A stretch of DNA of 64,000 nucleotides from positions 1 through 64,000 of IMG/VR virus record IMGVR_UViG_3300046723_000260; one strand, 5' to 3'. The position numbers and the translations under genes are program-made. This document shows positions 62,507 through 64,000 of the stretch, piece by piece (within the stretch, counting starts at the first letter, position 1; each line of letters opens with the position of its first letter). The notes beneath the pieces are model-generated. The model had not been told where the DNA came from, searched no databases, and worked only from the letters and a program-made list of their open reading frames with translations. This stretch comes from a virus.

Positions 62507-63088
62507 ATGGCGGCAGCGGCGAGGAAGCTCCAACCGACGACGGCGAAGGTCGAGACCCGGGCGGCGCCGCGCGCCTCCGGGGCGACGGTCACGGTCGGCT
62601 GCAAGGTCGGGCTCGGGATGTACCTGCAGCTCCAGAACAGGCGCGAGGAGACCGAGGACACGCCGGGCGGCACGCGCAAGCGCGTCTACCACGACAAGGT
62701 CGGCGTCCGTTACCACGTCGCCGGCCCGGAGCGGCCGCGCGGCTCGCCGCCGGCGGGCTACAAGATGCCGATCGTCGTCTCCGGCGCGGCGCTGACCTCC
62801 AACATCCCGGCCGACTTCTGGGACAAGTGGCTGGAGCAGAACAAGGACGCGCCCTACGTCACCGGCGGCTTCGTGTTCGCGCACTCGCGGCGCTCCGACG
62901 TCGCGGACGAGGCGCGCGAGAAGGTCGGCCTGACGACCGGGCTCGAGCCGCTCAACCCCGAAAACGACGCGCGGATGCCGAAGCCGATCGGCTCGGGCGT
63001 CGGCGGCATCAACGTCGCGGACGAGATGCGGCCGCGCCTGCGGAGCGCCCAGGAAGAGCTGGAGGAGGCGGACGCGGACAGCGTCTGA
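62507..63088 (+). CDS. Conserved head-region protein
   Basis: VTVGCK...G..L, T.NIP.DFW..W, TGLEPL.P; GAGGAG RBS. Confidence 0.7.
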   Translation: MAAAARKLQPTTAKVETRAAPRASGATVTVGCKVGLGMYLQLQNRREETEDTPGGTRKRVYHDKVGVRYHVAGPERPRGSPPAGYKMPIVVSGAALTSNIPADFWDKWLEQNKDAPYVTGGFVFAHSRRSDVADEAREKVGLTTGLEPLNPENDARMPKPIGSGVGGINVADEMRPRLRSAQEELEEADADSV

Positions 63089-63187
63089 ACTCCCTCGATG
63101 GCGGGCAAGGTCAGGGAGTTCTGGGAGCTTAAGAAGGGCCATCCCCTGGTCGCGAGCGGGCACCTCCTGCTGAAGGAGGACTGAGCC

Positions 63188-63667
63188 GTGGCCGCGGTCG
63201 TCACCTACAGCTACGCGACGTGGACCGGGATGTTTCCCGAGTTCTCCGGCTGCACCGACGCGCAGGGCCTGGGCTTCTTCAACCGCGCGACGCTGATGTT
63301 CACCAACACGCAGGGCAACCCGGCGTTCTGCGACGGCAACATGGAGGCGCTGCTCTACCTCCTGACCTCGCACGTCGCCTGGCTGAACGCGCCGCGCGAC
63401 GCGAGCGGCAACCCGGCGGCGAGCGGCCAGCCCGCGCCGAGCGTGGTCGGTCGGATCTCCAACGCCAGCGAGGGCTCGGTCTCGGTCGCGACCGAGTGGA
63501 ACGGCTCCGGCTCGCCGTCGCAGGCCTGGTTCCTGCAGACCCGGTACGGCGCGGAGTTCTGGCAGGCGACGGCGCAGTACCGCGCCGCGCGCTACCAGGC
63601 GCGGCCGACCGTGGTCGGCGACGTCGCCTTCCCGGGGCCGGGCTTCGTCCGCGGCGGGAGGTGGTGA
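63188..63667 (+). CDS. DUF4054 head-tail adaptor
   Basis: FPEF, LL.LL.SH.A.L, VGRIS.ASEGSVSV and W..QT.YGA.FWQAT..YR. Confidence 0.85.
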   Translation: MAAVVTYSYATWTGMFPEFSGCTDAQGLGFFNRATLMFTNTQGNPAFCDGNMEALLYLLTSHVAWLNAPRDASGNPAASGQPAPSVVGRISNASEGSVSVATEWNGSGSPSQAWFLQTRYGAEFWQATAQYRAARYQARPTVVGDVAFPGPGFVRGGRW

Positions 63668-64000
63668 TGCGGCTCTCCGGGGGCGAGAAGTTCGAGGCGG
63701 CGATCCGCGACATCGCGTCGAAGCTCGCCGGCGGGGCGTCGACGCTCCGGGTCGGCTTCCTGGAGGGAGCGACCTACCCGGCGCGGCCCAAGGCGGCGCT
63801 CCGGAAGGCGTACGCGAAGAAAAAGACCGCGGGAGCCATCGAGGGCAGCCCCGGGACGATCAACGTCGCCAGCGTCGCGTTCTTCCAGGAGTTCGGCACC
63901 GGGACGATCCCGCCGCGGCCGTTCTTCCGGACCATGATCCGCGAGAAGAACGCGGAGTGGGGTCCGGCGTTCGCGACCCAGCTTCGGCTCACCGACTACG
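63667..64000 (+). CDS. Neck/tail-completion protein (3' truncated)
   Basis: LRVGFLEGATYP...VA.VA..QEFGT..IPPRPFFR. Confidence 0.8.
   Translation, partial: MRLSGGEKFEAAIRDIASKLAGGASTLRVGFLEGATYPARPKAALRKAYAKKKTAGAIEGSPGTINVASVAFFQEFGTGTIPPRPFFRTMIREKNAEWGPAFATQLRLTDY

Noticed and set aside
1-64000. Integrase, att sites or host flanking genes
   Set aside because: None was recognised; the entire window reads as phage. Lifestyle cannot be settled because part of the genome lies outside the window.

Overview
This window is most of a high-GC tailed (contractile-baseplate) phage genome, probably of an alphaproteobacterial host; the host is an inference from gene content. It appears circularly permuted: it opens in the baseplate genes and ends in the neck genes, and the sheath, tube and tape-measure genes are not visible. 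Gene order: baseplate and fibres (1-9.2 kb); lysis (9.2-12.5 kb); a leftward recombination arm with ERF, YqaJ, HIRAN and NinB-like genes (12.5-18.9 kb); a rightward Cro-like, RusA and replication block running into a dense DNA-modification island (19-31.8 kb); leftward small accessory genes (31.8-35.7 kb); then a glycosyltransferase, terminase, portal, MuF, a head-accessory module, prohead protease, cement, capsid and neck genes (36-64 kb). The modification island holds MT-A70, a radical SAM enzyme, TGT/DpdA-like, QueC, YhhQ, an N4/N6 MTase, a Mom/GNAT-like gene, ParB-N, a C5 MTase and a UDG-like gene. The most striking feature is a 1694-aa portal fused to kinase-like, Nudix and ADP-ribosyltransferase domains. 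Each cargo block starts with the same (A/G)xD..F(E/K)ES(K/D)HPRD..GKF tag, which also heads an extra domain on the prohead protease. This suggests a protease-processed system for loading effectors into the capsid. Other highlights are a perfect chromosomal-type parS site, a HiPIP-like gene in the head operon, signal-peptide-bearing tail adhesins, a minimal 7-deazaguanine cluster, a recurrent 16-bp operator and an array of micro-ORF cassettes. No integrase, CI repressor, tRNA or CRISPR array was seen. All family calls come from motif recognition by eye, not from database searches.
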